Assembly: GCA_020054035.1 (NCBI GenBank)
Contig: JAGVLY010000086.1
Location: 1-46,731, forward strand
DNA length: 46,731 nucleotides
Source of the DNA: Bacteroidia bacterium
Lineage (GTDB): Bacteria; Bacteroidota; Bacteroidia; SXHM01
Reading direction: 5' to 3'
Shown here: piece after piece, positions 34,596-44,754 of the stretch
How positions within the stretch are numbered: position 1 is the first letter of the stretch
How the letters are laid out: each line of letters begins with the position of its first letter
The notes under the pieces: model-generated
What the model saw: only the letters and a program-made list of their open reading frames with translations
Told to the model about the DNA's origin: nothing
The model's database searches: none
Made by a program: the position numbers and the translations under genes

Positions 34596-35837
34596 ATGAA
34601 AACCCAAGTCCTTTACCTCTCTTATGATGGCATGACCGACCCGCTCGGGCAGTCGCAGGTATTGCCTTACCTGGCAGGACTTACAAAAGCAGGTTATTCC
34701 ATTACATTAGTCAGCTTTGAGAAAAAAGACAAGTTTGAGGCAACAGGTAAAGCCACAGGCGAACAAATAAAAGCATTGGGGATTGACTGGCAACCGCTTT
34801 CTTATACACCCAAACCACCTGTGCTGTCAACCCTTTGGGATGTTTACCAATTAAGGAAGAAAGCAGAGAAACTTCACAAGCAGAGAAACTTTAAAATAGT
34901 TCATTGCCGCAGCTACATTACTTCTTTAGTTGGAGAATTTCTAAAAAAGAAATACGGCATCAAATTCATTTTTGATATGCGTGCTTTCTTTGCCGATGAG
35001 CGAGTGAATGGAGGATTATGGAACAGGAGCAACCCTATTTTCAACCGTGTATATCTGTATTTCAAAAAGAAAGAGCAGGATTTTCTGGAACATGCCGACC
35101 ACACCATTAGCCTCACCGAAGCCGGAAAAGAAATCATCCACTCCTGGAAACACCTGAAAAATCAGCCAGTACCGGTGGAAGTCATTCCCTGCTGTGCCGA
35201 CTTGCAGCATTTTTCACGAGCCGGCATTCAGCAGAACGAATTATCAAAATACAGAACAGAACTAGGAATTGCAGAAAATGATTTTGTGGTTTCTTACCTC
35301 GGTTCTGTCGGCACTTGGTACCTGCCGGATGAAATGCTGAGTTTCTTTAAACGATTGTTACTGAAAAAGCCGGAAGCAAAATTCCTCTTCATCACAGGCG
35401 ACAATCCATCTGAAATACTTAACAGAGCCGAGAAACTGAATATGCCGAAGGATCGATTCATTATACGCAAAGCCTCACGCAAAGAAGTTCCTTACTTTAT
35501 TCTGCTGAACAAATTCTCTTTATTTTTCATTCAACCATTGTTTTCTAAAAAAGGCTCCTCCCCTACCAAACATGGTGAAATTCTGGGAATGGGAATTCCT
35601 GTTATCTGTAACTCAGGCGTTGGTGATGTTGATCGCATAGTGCGCGATACGCAATCAGGATTACTGGTTGAAAAGTTTGATGATGCAGAGTACGACAAGG
35701 TTATTTCACACCTTGATTCGCTCTTACAAACTCCACCCGAAAAACTCCGTGCTGCTGCTGAAAAGTATTACTCGCTGGAAGAAGGAGTAATGAAGTATTT
35801 GGCAGTTTACAATTCCCTCTCCCTTGGAGAGGGTTAG
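34596..35837 (+). CDS. GT4 family glycosyltransferase
   Basis: LYLSYDGMTDPLGQSQVLPYL, VHCRSY, SSPTKHGEILGMGIPVI; TAATTTTG box at 34581-34588. Confidence 0.9.
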   Translation: MKTQVLYLSYDGMTDPLGQSQVLPYLAGLTKAGYSITLVSFEKKDKFEATGKATGEQIKALGIDWQPLSYTPKPPVLSTLWDVYQLRKKAEKLHKQRNFKIVHCRSYITSLVGEFLKKKYGIKFIFDMRAFFADERVNGGLWNRSNPIFNRVYLYFKKKEQDFLEHADHTISLTEAGKEIIHSWKHLKNQPVPVEVIPCCADLQHFSRAGIQQNELSKYRTELGIAENDFVVSYLGSVGTWYLPDEMLSFFKRLLLKKPEAKFLFITGDNPSEILNRAEKLNMPKDRFIIRKASRKEVPYFILLNKFSLFFIQPLFSKKGSSPTKHGEILGMGIPVICNSGVGDVDRIVRDTQSGLLVEKFDDAEYDKVISHLDSLLQTPPEKLRAAAEKYYSLEEGVMKYLAVYNSLSLGEG

Positions 35838-35839
35838 GC
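35813..35839. repeat. REP-like hairpin CCCTCTCC-ctt-GGAGAGGG overlapping the GT stop codon
   Basis: ttccctctcccttggagagggttagg between convergent genes. Confidence 0.65.
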
Positions 35840-35840
35840 T

Positions 35841-36314
35841 TTACTCATTATGATACTTCTCATTCCTGAGAATAGTAAACGCCCTGTAAAGCTGTTCTGC
35901 AAAAATCAATCGTATCAATTGATGAGAAAACGTCATTTTAGAAAGCGATAATTTTGAGTTAGCACGCTCATACATTTTCTCCGAAAAGCCAAAAGCTCCA
36001 CCAACTACAAATACAAGATTTTTAACTCCGCTATTCATGCGTTTTTGCAGAAATGCAGAAAACTCAACGGAAGAATATTCTGCTCCCTTTTCATCCAGCA
36101 AAACAATAAAATCTGAAGGTTGAGTTTTGGCGATAATATTTTCAGCCTCTTTATTCTTGAGCTCTGCAACCTCTAATTTTGCTGCGTTTTTAGGGGGAGC
36201 GATTACCAGCATTTCAAAATCGGTGTAATGCTTCAGTCGGGCAAAAAATTCAAGAGAACCTGCCTCTACAAATTTCATAGTTGTTTGCCCTACAACTAGC
36301 AGCTTTATCTTCAT
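35841..36314 (-). CDS. rlmH: 23S rRNA (pseudouridine1915-N3)-methyltransferase
   Basis: LLDEKG, FVVGGAFGF, SLSKMTFSHQLIRL...EQLYRAFTIL...YH. Confidence 0.96.
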   Translation of the reverse strand: MKIKLLVVGQTTMKFVEAGSLEFFARLKHYTDFEMLVIAPPKNAAKLEVAELKNKEAENIIAKTQPSDFIVLLDEKGAEYSSVEFSAFLQKRMNSGVKNLVFVVGGAFGFSEKMYERANSKLSLSKMTFSHQLIRLIFAEQLYRAFTILRNEKYHNE

Positions 36315-36331
36315 GTGTTCCGGATTTTGAG

Positions 36332-36354
36332 CAAAGATAAATTAACTACATTTG
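36332..36354. promoter_or_regulatory. Back-to-back -7 boxes: TATCTTTG (-, 36332-36339) and TACATTTG (+, 36347-36354)
   Basis: Two TAnnTTTG matches in the divergent gap between rlmH and the DUF4783-like gene. Confidence 0.6.
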
Positions 36355-36417
36355 CCTTTGCCTGAAAAAATTCATTTGGCTTGGTTTTTGAATTAACAGG
36401 AAACACAAATTATAAAA

Positions 36418-36813
36418 ATGAAAAAAGTTATTGTTTTAGTTGCATTATTGTTCACCGTTTCTGTTTATGCAGTAGTGTTTCCGGGCGTTGCCGAAAATAT
36501 TGCAGCGGCCATAAAACTGGGTAACTCAAAAGAGCTTGCCAAATATTTTGCTCCGAATGTTGAATTGGTAATTGGGGATAAATCAGGAACCTACAGCAAA
36601 GCACAGGCTGAGATGATGGTGAAAGATTTTTTTGCAAAAAATGCGGTGAAGGACTACAAAGTAATGCATCAGGGTACTTCGCAAGACAATTCACTTTATA
36701 CGATTGGAGACCTTACTACTGCTACCAAATCTTACAGAACCTATTACCTACTGCGCAAAAACGGTGACAGTTATTTAATTCATCAATTGCGTTTTGAAGA
36801 CCAGGACGAATAA
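36418..36813 (+). CDS. DUF4783-like exported protein
   Basis: AIKLGNSKELAKYF..NVEL...YSKAQAEMMVKDFF...HQG; located just upstream of nadC. Confidence 0.85.
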   Translation: MKKVIVLVALLFTVSVYAVVFPGVAENIAAAIKLGNSKELAKYFAPNVELVIGDKSGTYSKAQAEMMVKDFFAKNAVKDYKVMHQGTSQDNSLYTIGDLTTATKSYRTYYLLRKNGDSYLIHQLRFEDQDE

Positions 36814-36828
36814 ATTTCTCTTACGGAA

Positions 36829-37665
36829 ATGACTATTGACCAGATTATCGCCTCTGCTTTTGCTGAAGATATAGGAGATGGTGACCACACCTCTTTAGCC
36901 TGCATTGACAGTAATAAAACAGGAAAAGCAAAACTGTTAGTCAAAGAAAAAGGAATAATTGCCGGTGTTGATCTGGCAAAACAAATCTTTGAGTTCGCTG
37001 ATAAAAATCTTGATGTTCAGGTTTTCATAAATGACGGAACAGTAATAAATCCCGGAGACATTGTGCTGGAAGTTTCAGGCTCTGAACTTTCCATTCTCAG
37101 AAGCGAGCGCCTTGTTTTGAATTTTATGCAGCGTATGAGCGGAATTGCAACTGCAACACACAACTTAAATCAACTCATCAAACACACCAACGCAAAACTT
37201 TTAGACACACGCAAAACAACTCCGCTGTTACGCGAAATAGAAAAGATGGCGGTGAAAATCGGTGGTGGTGAAAATCATCGCTTCGGTTTGTACGACATGA
37301 TTTTGCTGAAAGACAACCACATTGATTTTTGCGGAGGAATAACAAAAGCCATTGAAAAAACACATCAGTATTTAAGAGAAAAAAATCTAAATCTGAATAT
37401 TGAAGTGGAAACCCGCACACTTGATGATGTAAGAGAAATACTTTCAGTTGGTGGCATTCAGCGTATCATGCTCGACAACTTCACAACCGAGAAACTTAAA
37501 GAAGCAGTTGAACTGATTAAAGACAAATTTGAAACAGAAGCATCGGGGGGTATCAACGAATTAAATATCCGCGCTTATGCCGAAACGGGAGTTAATTATA
37601 TTTCGGTTGGCGCATTAACGCATCATATCAAAAGTCTGGATTTAAGTTTAAAAGCAGTGAAATAA
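36829..37665 (+). CDS. nadC: Nicotinate-nucleotide pyrophosphorylase (carboxylating)
   Basis: EDIGDGDHT, DTRKTTP, HRFGLYD..L.KDNH, IMLDN, EASGGI, ISVGALTH. Confidence 0.97.
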   Translation: MTIDQIIASAFAEDIGDGDHTSLACIDSNKTGKAKLLVKEKGIIAGVDLAKQIFEFADKNLDVQVFINDGTVINPGDIVLEVSGSELSILRSERLVLNFMQRMSGIATATHNLNQLIKHTNAKLLDTRKTTPLLREIEKMAVKIGGGENHRFGLYDMILLKDNHIDFCGGITKAIEKTHQYLREKNLNLNIEVETRTLDDVREILSVGGIQRIMLDNFTTEKLKEAVELIKDKFETEASGGINELNIRAYAETGVNYISVGALTHHIKSLDLSLKAVK

Positions 37666-37680
37666 ACAGTACAAAACAAG

Positions 37681-38628
37681 ATGTTAAAAAAGCTACAACA
37701 TAAGTTTCTTAATTGGCTGCCTGTTGTAACTTTTTTAAACCTTACAAAGAAAATTATTCTGCCGGGCTTTGACGGAATTCCGATTTACAATGCCGCAGAT
37801 TTTTTCATCCACGGATTACGAAAAGGCTCGCTTCAAACACGTGCTTCAGCTCTGTCTTTCGATTTCTTTCTTGCCATTTTTCCTGCTGTAATTTTCATTT
37901 TCACACTTATTGCTTATATACCTGTTGATGGTTTTCAGGATCAGCTAATGATTTTACTTAGCGATTTAATGCCTAAAGATGCTTATGAAGCCACGCGCAC
38001 AACGTTGGAAGACATTATTAAACAGCAGCGTTCAGGGCTTTTGTCCATCGGATTTATTGTTGCCCTTTACTTCTCAACCAACGGTGTGCATGCTATGATG
38101 GATGCCTTTAATAAAACCTACCACACGGTTGAAACCCGCCCACCTGTGGTTCAACGCCTTTATTCCATTATGATCACGATTATACTTTCGGTACTAACGT
38201 TCATAGCCATTCTGTTAATTATTTTTGGTGAAAAAACATTAAACTTCTTTGAAGCAAGGGGTTTTATAAAACAAGCATTCACTTATTACCTGCTAATTTC
38301 AAGTCAATGGATAGTGATTGTTGCCCTGATATTTTTTGCTATTTCTTTTCTCTATTATTTCGGTCCGTCACGCAAAACGCGTTACCGCTTTTTCTCGGTT
38401 GGTTCAACAGTAGCAACCTTTTTAATTATTATTACTTCGCTTGGCTTCTCCGTTTTTGTAAACAATTTCAGCCAGTATAATAAACTCTATGGCTCTATTG
38501 GCGCCTTAGTTGTTGTTCTGCTATGGATACGTTTCAACTCCATGATTTTGTTGATTGGCTTTGAACTGAATGCTAGTATTCATAATGCAAAGCATTCAAA
38601 TGAAGAAAATCTCCCTAAGTCAAGCTGA
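37681..38628 (+). CDS. YihY/BrkB family membrane protein
   Basis: RASALSF.FFLAIFP, YNKLYGSIGALVV.LLW, ILLIGFELNA. Confidence 0.92.
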   Translation: MLKKLQHKFLNWLPVVTFLNLTKKIILPGFDGIPIYNAADFFIHGLRKGSLQTRASALSFDFFLAIFPAVIFIFTLIAYIPVDGFQDQLMILLSDLMPKDAYEATRTTLEDIIKQQRSGLLSIGFIVALYFSTNGVHAMMDAFNKTYHTVETRPPVVQRLYSIMITIILSVLTFIAILLIIFGEKTLNFFEARGFIKQAFTYYLLISSQWIVIVALIFFAISFLYYFGPSRKTRYRFFSVGSTVATFLIIITSLGFSVFVNNFSQYNKLYGSIGALVVVLLWIRFNSMILLIGFELNASIHNAKHSNEENLPKSS

Positions 38629-38665
38629 ATGTATTTTTTAACTTGCGCCCTCAAAGAATAAATTC

Positions 38666-41600
38666 ATGCAAAAACACATACTCTATATTCTGTTTTTTCT
38701 GTCTGCATTTTCAGGCTTTGCCCAAAAATACGACCCGCTCAATAAGCCCAACACATACCGCAATAAAGACAATCCAAACTACTGGAAAAACAAAATACCT
38801 TTTCCGGGCTATTGGCAGCAGGATGTGTATTACAACATCAAAGCTGAACTTGATGAGAAGTCGCATGTAATTGACGGATTTGAAGAACTGACCTATTGGA
38901 ACAATTCGCCCGACACGCTCTCGTATGTATTCTTTCACCTTTACCAAAATGCTTTTGTAAAAGGTTCGTACAACGAAAATGTAAACCTTAACAATGGGGC
39001 GAAACCCTACTTTGGAGTTTATGAAAGCATGGGGCTGGGAACTCTGGTTGAAATGATTGAAACCAATGGAAAGGAGCTGAAATCTGAATTAGACAACACT
39101 ATTTTAAAAGTATATCTGAATGAACCGCTTAAGCCCGGGCAAAACATCACCTTCAACATCAAATTCAAAACATTTTTCGATTCAGGAAGCCTGAGACGCA
39201 GAATGAAAACTTTCAACGCTTACGGCTACAAACATTTTGACGGAGTGCACTGGTATCCGCGCATTTCTGTGTATGACCGTAAGTTTGGATGGGACACCGA
39301 CCAACATCTAGGTAAAGAATTTTACGGTGATTTTGGAGGATTTGATGTGGAACTGACACTCGCAAATAACTATGTAGTTGAAGCCACAGGGAATTTACTC
39401 AACCGTGATGAAGTTCTTCCCCCAGAACTCCGCAAGAAATTAGACATCACAAATTTTAAGGACAAACCATGGGATGAAAAGCCTTCCGTAATCACGCCCT
39501 ACGACAGCACGCTGAAAAAAACATGGAAATACCATGCAGAAAATGTTCATGACTTTGCCTTTACAGCCGACCCAACTTACCGTATCGGTGAGTATGAGTG
39601 GAATGGTGTTACTTGCATTGCAGTAGTTCAGGAATCTCACGCATCGCGTTGGCAAACTGCGGCTGAATATGCAGCTAAATGTATTCAGATTTATTCTGAA
39701 GATATCGGCATGTATGTCTATCACAAAATGGTGGTAGCTGATGCCCGCGATGGCATGGAATATCCCATGCTTACACTGGATGGCGGACAGGAGCCAGACT
39801 TTCGCGGTTTATTTGCCCACGAGATAGGGCACAATTGGTTTTTCGGGCAAGTGGGAAGTAATGAAACCTATCGTGCAGCATTGGATGAAGGGTTTACACA
39901 ATTTCTTACAGCTTGGGCCTTGCGAAAAACAGATGGTGATTTTGAAATAAAGAATCAACCAAAATCAAAATACATCAGGCGGTTTAAAAAACCAGAAGAA
40001 GTGCTAAATAGCAATGTTTACAATGGTTATATGTTTGATGCGGTGAAAGGTGAGGACAAACCATTAAATACACATTCAGATTATTTTGAAGGCGCTCTTG
40101 GTCATGGTGGCGGCTACAGGCATGTATATTACAAAACTGCCACGATGTTATATAACTTGCAATACGTGTTGGGCGATGAACTTTTTCTGAAAGCGATGCA
40201 GCACTATTTCAGTCAGTGGAAAATTGCGCATCCATACATGGAAGATTTTCGCAACTCCATTATTCAATACACCAAAGTTGATTTAAACTGGTTCTTTGAC
40301 CAATGGCTTGAAACCACTAAAAATATTGACTACGCAATAAAATGTATAAAGAAGGGAGAGAAAGAGAATGAATACATCATCACCTTTGAACGCACAGGCA
40401 AAATGCAGATGCCCATTGACTTTCAGGTATTATCAAAAGACAGTGTTGTTCAGAATTTTCACATACCTAATAACTGGTTTATCAAAGAAACCGATGCTAC
40501 TGTTTTACCAAAATGGCTGGGGTGGGAAAAGTTAAATCCTACCTACGAAGCGCGTGTTATTGTTCCTGAAGGCATAAAAGATATTGTGATTGACCCGAGC
40601 AAACGACTTGCAGATGTGAACATGCTTGACAACAGCAAAAAATTACCTGTTGATTTTGCTTTCGACTCACAGGTTTACAATACACCCGACTGGAGAAGCT
40701 ATGAAGTAAAAGCCCGTCCCGACTTGTGGTATAATGCTTATGATGGTGTAAAAATCGGCATTCATGTGAATGGAAACCATATGAATTACCGCCACATTTT
40801 TGGAGCAACAGTCTGGTTTAACACCGGACTTGGTCAGGCAAAATTTGACTCCACTGTTGCGCTGAACGGATTTGATGTCTTGTCATTTATTTTAAACTAC
40901 AAAACCAGTTTAGACAAGATTGGAAAGAACGCGTGGTTTAACCTACAAGCAAAGGCATTAGATGGAATGTATGGGTTAAATTTCGGGATAGAAAAATGGG
41001 ATAAACTGATGAAGAACCTTTTTTATTTTCAATTTAAAACCATGCTTCGTCCTGACCAAAGCGACAAAGCATACCTGATGTATCCAAATGAATGGGGAAT
41101 TGGAAAACTCAACAACACCTTTGCTTTCGGCATAAAACGGAACTTCAGCTACAGCAATGGTGGTGGGAACATGAACCTTGAAATGAAAGCACCAGCTCCG
41201 GGAAGTGCATACAGCTTCACCAAAGTTTCGCTAAACGTGGTAAACAAATTTTCGGTGAGTAAATTTGGATTCAACACCCGCTTCTTTGCACAATACGGCA
41301 CAGGCAGAAGAGTTGCACCGGAATCTGCGTTATATCTGGCAGGTGCAAATCCTGAAGAAATGATTGACAATAAATACACCCGTTCGCGCGGCTTTATTCC
41401 ATATGAATGGGCGGGAAATTATGGAGAAACCACTAACCATTTTCAACAAGGCGGTGGGTTAAATCTTCGTGGCTATGCAGGTTATTTAGTTCCTTACCTC
41501 AAGAACAATGGTGAACTTGTTATGACTTACCGCAGAACCTCAGGCGCGGCTGTAAACCTTGAAATTGAGTTCGACCGCTTTCTAAAAATCCGCCCGAAAC

Positions 41601-41872
41601 TTATTATGAACACCATACAAATTAAAACCTATCTCTTTGCCGATGCAGGAATTATTAACTCCAACCAACAAGGCAACAAGCTGCATTTTGCCGATTTCAG
41701 GATGGATGCCGGTGTTGGCACGGCTCTTGTAATCAAAAAGTGGGGCGCTCTTCAAATGGCAAAACCACTTACTATACGATTTGATATGCCCTTCTTCTTA
41801 AATCATACACCTGCAGTTGAACCGGACTATTTTAAATTCCGATGGGTAGTGGGTATTAACAGAGCTTTTTAA
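38666..41872 (+). CDS. M1 family aminopeptidase with a C-terminal predicted outer-membrane beta-barrel
   Basis: YWQQDVYY, GMEYPM, HEIGH-x18-E (LDEG), VYYK; last ~400 aa amphipathic beta strands ending WVVGINRAF. Confidence 0.88.
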   Translation: MQKHILYILFFLSAFSGFAQKYDPLNKPNTYRNKDNPNYWKNKIPFPGYWQQDVYYNIKAELDEKSHVIDGFEELTYWNNSPDTLSYVFFHLYQNAFVKGSYNENVNLNNGAKPYFGVYESMGLGTLVEMIETNGKELKSELDNTILKVYLNEPLKPGQNITFNIKFKTFFDSGSLRRRMKTFNAYGYKHFDGVHWYPRISVYDRKFGWDTDQHLGKEFYGDFGGFDVELTLANNYVVEATGNLLNRDEVLPPELRKKLDITNFKDKPWDEKPSVITPYDSTLKKTWKYHAENVHDFAFTADPTYRIGEYEWNGVTCIAVVQESHASRWQTAAEYAAKCIQIYSEDIGMYVYHKMVVADARDGMEYPMLTLDGGQEPDFRGLFAHEIGHNWFFGQVGSNETYRAALDEGFTQFLTAWALRKTDGDFEIKNQPKSKYIRRFKKPEEVLNSNVYNGYMFDAVKGEDKPLNTHSDYFEGALGHGGGYRHVYYKTATMLYNLQYVLGDELFLKAMQHYFSQWKIAHPYMEDFRNSIIQYTKVDLNWFFDQWLETTKNIDYAIKCIKKGEKENEYIITFERTGKMQMPIDFQVLSKDSVVQNFHIPNNWFIKETDATVLPKWLGWEKLNPTYEARVIVPEGIKDIVIDPSKRLADVNMLDNSKKLPVDFAFDSQVYNTPDWRSYEVKARPDLWYNAYDGVKIGIHVNGNHMNYRHIFGATVWFNTGLGQAKFDSTVALNGFDVLSFILNYKTSLDKIGKNAWFNLQAKALDGMYGLNFGIEKWDKLMKNLFYFQFKTMLRPDQSDKAYLMYPNEWGIGKLNNTFAFGIKRNFSYSNGGGNMNLEMKAPAPGSAYSFTKVSLNVVNKFSVSKFGFNTRFFAQYGTGRRVAPESALYLAGANPEEMIDNKYTRSRGFIPYEWAGNYGETTNHFQQGGGLNLRGYAGYLVPYLKNNGELVMTYRRTSGAAVNLEIEFDRFLKIRPKLIMNTIQIKTYLFADAGIINSNQQGNKLHFADFRMDAGVGTALVIKKWGALQMAKPLTIRFDMPFFLNHTPAVEPDYFKFRWVVGINRAF

Positions 41873-41951
41873 ATTTGCAAACCAGTAACTAATAACAAAC
41901 AAAAAACAAATGAACTTCTCTCACGAATTCCTTAATTTTAAAATTAACACT

Positions 41952-42380
41952 ATGAGTAAACAACTCAGCATCTTAATCATTCTTTTAATCAGTGCGGCAA
42001 CTGTGTCGGCACAATCCATTGTAGGTAAATGGAAAACCATTGACGATGAAACAGGCAAACCAAAATCGGTAGTAGAGATTTTTGAAAAGAACGGAAAGGT
42101 TTACGGAAAAATCATCAAGCTATTCCGTGATCCGGGTGAAGAACAGGATCCTGTTTGCGACAAATGCGAAGACGACCGCAAGGGAAAAAAAGTTATCGGT
42201 TTGGAAATAATCCGTGATATGGAGAAAGATGGCAGCGAGTGGGAAGACGGAACAATTATGGATCCTAAGAAAGGAACTATTTATGATTGTAAACTATGGT
42301 TGGAAGGCGGAAATCTGAAAGTACGTGGCTATGTTTTGTTTATTTACAGAACACAGACCTGGTTGCCATATAAAGAATAG
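41952..42380 (+). CDS. DUF2147 family exported protein
   Basis: Start MSKQL at 41952; GKWKTIDDETG..KS.VEI, CDKC, GTIMDPKKG..Y.C, LKVRGY...RTQTW. Confidence 0.9.
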   Translation: MSKQLSILIILLISAATVSAQSIVGKWKTIDDETGKPKSVVEIFEKNGKVYGKIIKLFRDPGEEQDPVCDKCEDDRKGKKVIGLEIIRDMEKDGSEWEDGTIMDPKKGTIYDCKLWLEGGNLKVRGYVLFIYRTQTWLPYKE

Positions 42381-42381
42381 T

Positions 42382-42469
42382 AATGGCACACGGATGACAC
42401 GGATTGGACAGATTTTCACTGATAAAAATCTGTGTTAACCCGTTAAATCCTTGTCATCAGTGGTCTATT
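42382..42469. repeat. Intergenic inverted-repeat element of the same family as 28954-29056
   Basis: aatggcacacggatgacacggattggacagattttcactgat closely matches the reverse complement of the right arm of the 28954-29056 element. Confidence 0.85.
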
Positions 42470-42470
42470 T

Positions 42471-43961
42471 CTAAAAACCCAATTTCTTTTTTATGTCTGA
42501 AATGTGTTTCAAGTGAAACAACTCCGGTACAATTTTCAGGTAATACACACCTGTTAAATAAAGCAGCGAAACCAAAACTGACATTGCAACAATTTCCAGA
42601 GTAGCGCTACCTAAATCAATGTTTACAAACCATAGTAAACCACAGCCACAGATAAGTATAAACGTTTTCAATGAGCTGACATCAAACGGCTGAAGCCCTA
42701 TCTTTTTCCAGATAAAAAAGAACTTTAAAAAGTTATAGGAAATGCTTGACAAGGCAGTTGCAAAAGCTGCGCCTTCCAATCCCCATAGCGGAATAAAAAT
42801 GCTGTAATTAATATATGAAATTACGGTAAGAAACACCAACATTCCCAAACCATAGCGGTAATACTTAGAGTTATAAAGAATAGGATTATTTACGCTGGTT
42901 GCCATGTTAAACAAGGCACCGAAGGTTACAATGTAAACAACTGTTTCGCCCTGCCAGAAACCCTTTTCTTTGGGCAGCAGCCAAAGCAATTTGTGAATGT
43001 TAAGATTTACACCTAAAAACAATAAGCCACCTGCCAGAAACAAATATTTTGATGCACGATAATAGATGTGCTTCACTTCGTCAATACGGTTGTGTGTAAA
43101 GGCATCTGAAATTTTTGCGGCCGCGATTTTTTCCAATGCGTGCAAGGGCATTTCAATTACAGCGGGTATAATTGCCACCGTAGCGTAAACCCCTGCCAGT
43201 GCAAGCGGTACATACATTCCTATCAGTGCAATATCTAAATTCTTCAAGCCAAGCGAAGCCAATGCTGCAAACGAAAAACTTCCTGAATAAATCAGGATTT
43301 CTTTCACCTTGGCATTGTTGAATTTGTGACGATCAATAGCTGCAAACGGTTTATCAATAATGAAAATATAAACCAACATGATCAGAAAAATCAAGCCGAA
43401 GCAGAGCACATATAACAACACAAAAAAATTGATGTCAATCCAACCCATGTAATAGATGGAGATGGCTACAACGGGAAATAGCTTGGTTGTTATCTCGGTA
43501 AGAAAAGCCGGAAATGATGATTTAAAAAGCGAGGCGCTGTAAATACTGAACACCGAAATAAAAGCCAGAAAAAACGAAAACGGAAAAACATAATCAAAGA
43601 ATTCGCTGATAAGTGGTGATTTAACGGAATAGGCATCAACTATTGTACTGCGGAAAACAAAAACAAGCAGGGCTGCAACAATAAAACCTGCAACAACATA
43701 CAGACTCATGAAACTAAAAAATCCGTGGTGCCGTTTTTCGTTGTTACGAAACTGAGGGAAAAATTTATAAACCGCATTTCCCATGCCCATAGGCACAAGG
43801 GATGAAATAAGAATGGAAAGCGAGTAAAGTGTACGAATAAGTCCTATTTCCTCGGGTTTCAGAAGGTAGGGCTGAACCACAAGAACACTTGCAAAACCTA
43901 TAACTGTTGCAATGTTCAGAATGGCTGTATTTTGCAGTCCCTGCTTTTTTATTTCGCCCAA
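42471..43961 (-). CDS. Polysaccharide flippase (Wzx/MATE-like)
   Basis: About 14 hydrophobic segments; G.IKKQG N-terminus; IPLWGLEGAAFATA; TTG start; TATCTTTG box at 43979-43986. Confidence 0.88.
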   Translation of the reverse strand: MGEIKKQGLQNTAILNIATVIGFASVLVVQPYLLKPEEIGLIRTLYSLSILISSLVPMGMGNAVYKFFPQFRNNEKRHHGFFSFMSLYVVAGFIVAALLVFVFRSTIVDAYSVKSPLISEFFDYVFPFSFFLAFISVFSIYSASLFKSSFPAFLTEITTKLFPVVAISIYYMGWIDINFFVLLYVLCFGLIFLIMLVYIFIIDKPFAAIDRHKFNNAKVKEILIYSGSFSFAALASLGLKNLDIALIGMYVPLALAGVYATVAIIPAVIEMPLHALEKIAAAKISDAFTHNRIDEVKHIYYRASKYLFLAGGLLFLGVNLNIHKLLWLLPKEKGFWQGETVVYIVTFGALFNMATSVNNPILYNSKYYRYGLGMLVFLTVISYINYSIFIPLWGLEGAAFATALSSISYNFLKFFFIWKKIGLQPFDVSSLKTFILICGCGLLWFVNIDLGSATLEIVAMSVLVSLLYLTGVYYLKIVPELFHLKHISDIKKKLGF

Positions 43962-44067
43962 TGTGCTTTTATTTTCGACAAAGATAGGATGTAGAAAACA
44001 TTTAATCTATCTTTAATTATGATTTGCGAAATTCGCACGGATTTTACAAACCACTATCAAACCAACA

Positions 44068-44754
44068 ATGAGAATTTTAGTTATTGAAGACGAGCCAAAA
44101 GCAGCAGCTTTTTTAAAGCAGGGATTGGAAGAACAGCACCATCAGGTTGATGTTGCTTATGACGGACAAATGGGCAAACGGCTTGCACTGAAAGGTGAAC
44201 ACGACATTATTATTCTTGACATCATTATTCCTTACATCAACGGTTTGGAGCTTGCAAAAGAAATACGCAAAACTTCTAATGTTCCTATTCTGATGCTTAC
44301 TGCATTGGGTAGCACTGCCGATAAAGTAACTGGCTTTGACATGGGTGCCGATGATTACCTTGTAAAACCATTTGAATTTGCTGAACTTGTGGCACGTGTA
44401 AATGCGCTGGGAAAACGCAAAAATAATATGATGCAGCCTACTAATAAATTAGTGGTTGGTGATTTGGAATTAAACCTTGATGACAAAACCGTTTCGCGCG
44501 GAGGAAAAAAAATAAGTCTTACTACCAAGGAATATCAGTTGCTGGAATACTTAATAAGAAACAAAGGACGCGTTGTTACCCGTCAGGATATTGCCAAAGC
44601 GGTTTGGGATGTACAGTTTGACACCGGCACCAATGTTATTGACGTTTATGTGAATTTTTTGCGCAAAAAAATTGACAAAGATTTCGCCACCAAATTTATT
44701 CACACGCAAATAGGCATGGGTTATATTTTCCGCGAACCTGATGCAAATACGTAA
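44068..44754 (+). CDS. OmpR-family response regulator (CusR/ArlR-like)
   Basis: ILVIEDE, ILDIIIP, GADDYLVKPF, winged helix TNVIDVYVNFLRKKID. Confidence 0.95.
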   Translation: MRILVIEDEPKAAAFLKQGLEEQHHQVDVAYDGQMGKRLALKGEHDIIILDIIIPYINGLELAKEIRKTSNVPILMLTALGSTADKVTGFDMGADDYLVKPFEFAELVARVNALGKRKNNMMQPTNKLVVGDLELNLDDKTVSRGGKKISLTTKEYQLLEYLIRNKGRVVTRQDIAKAVWDVQFDTGTNVIDVYVNFLRKKIDKDFATKFIHTQIGMGYIFREPDANT

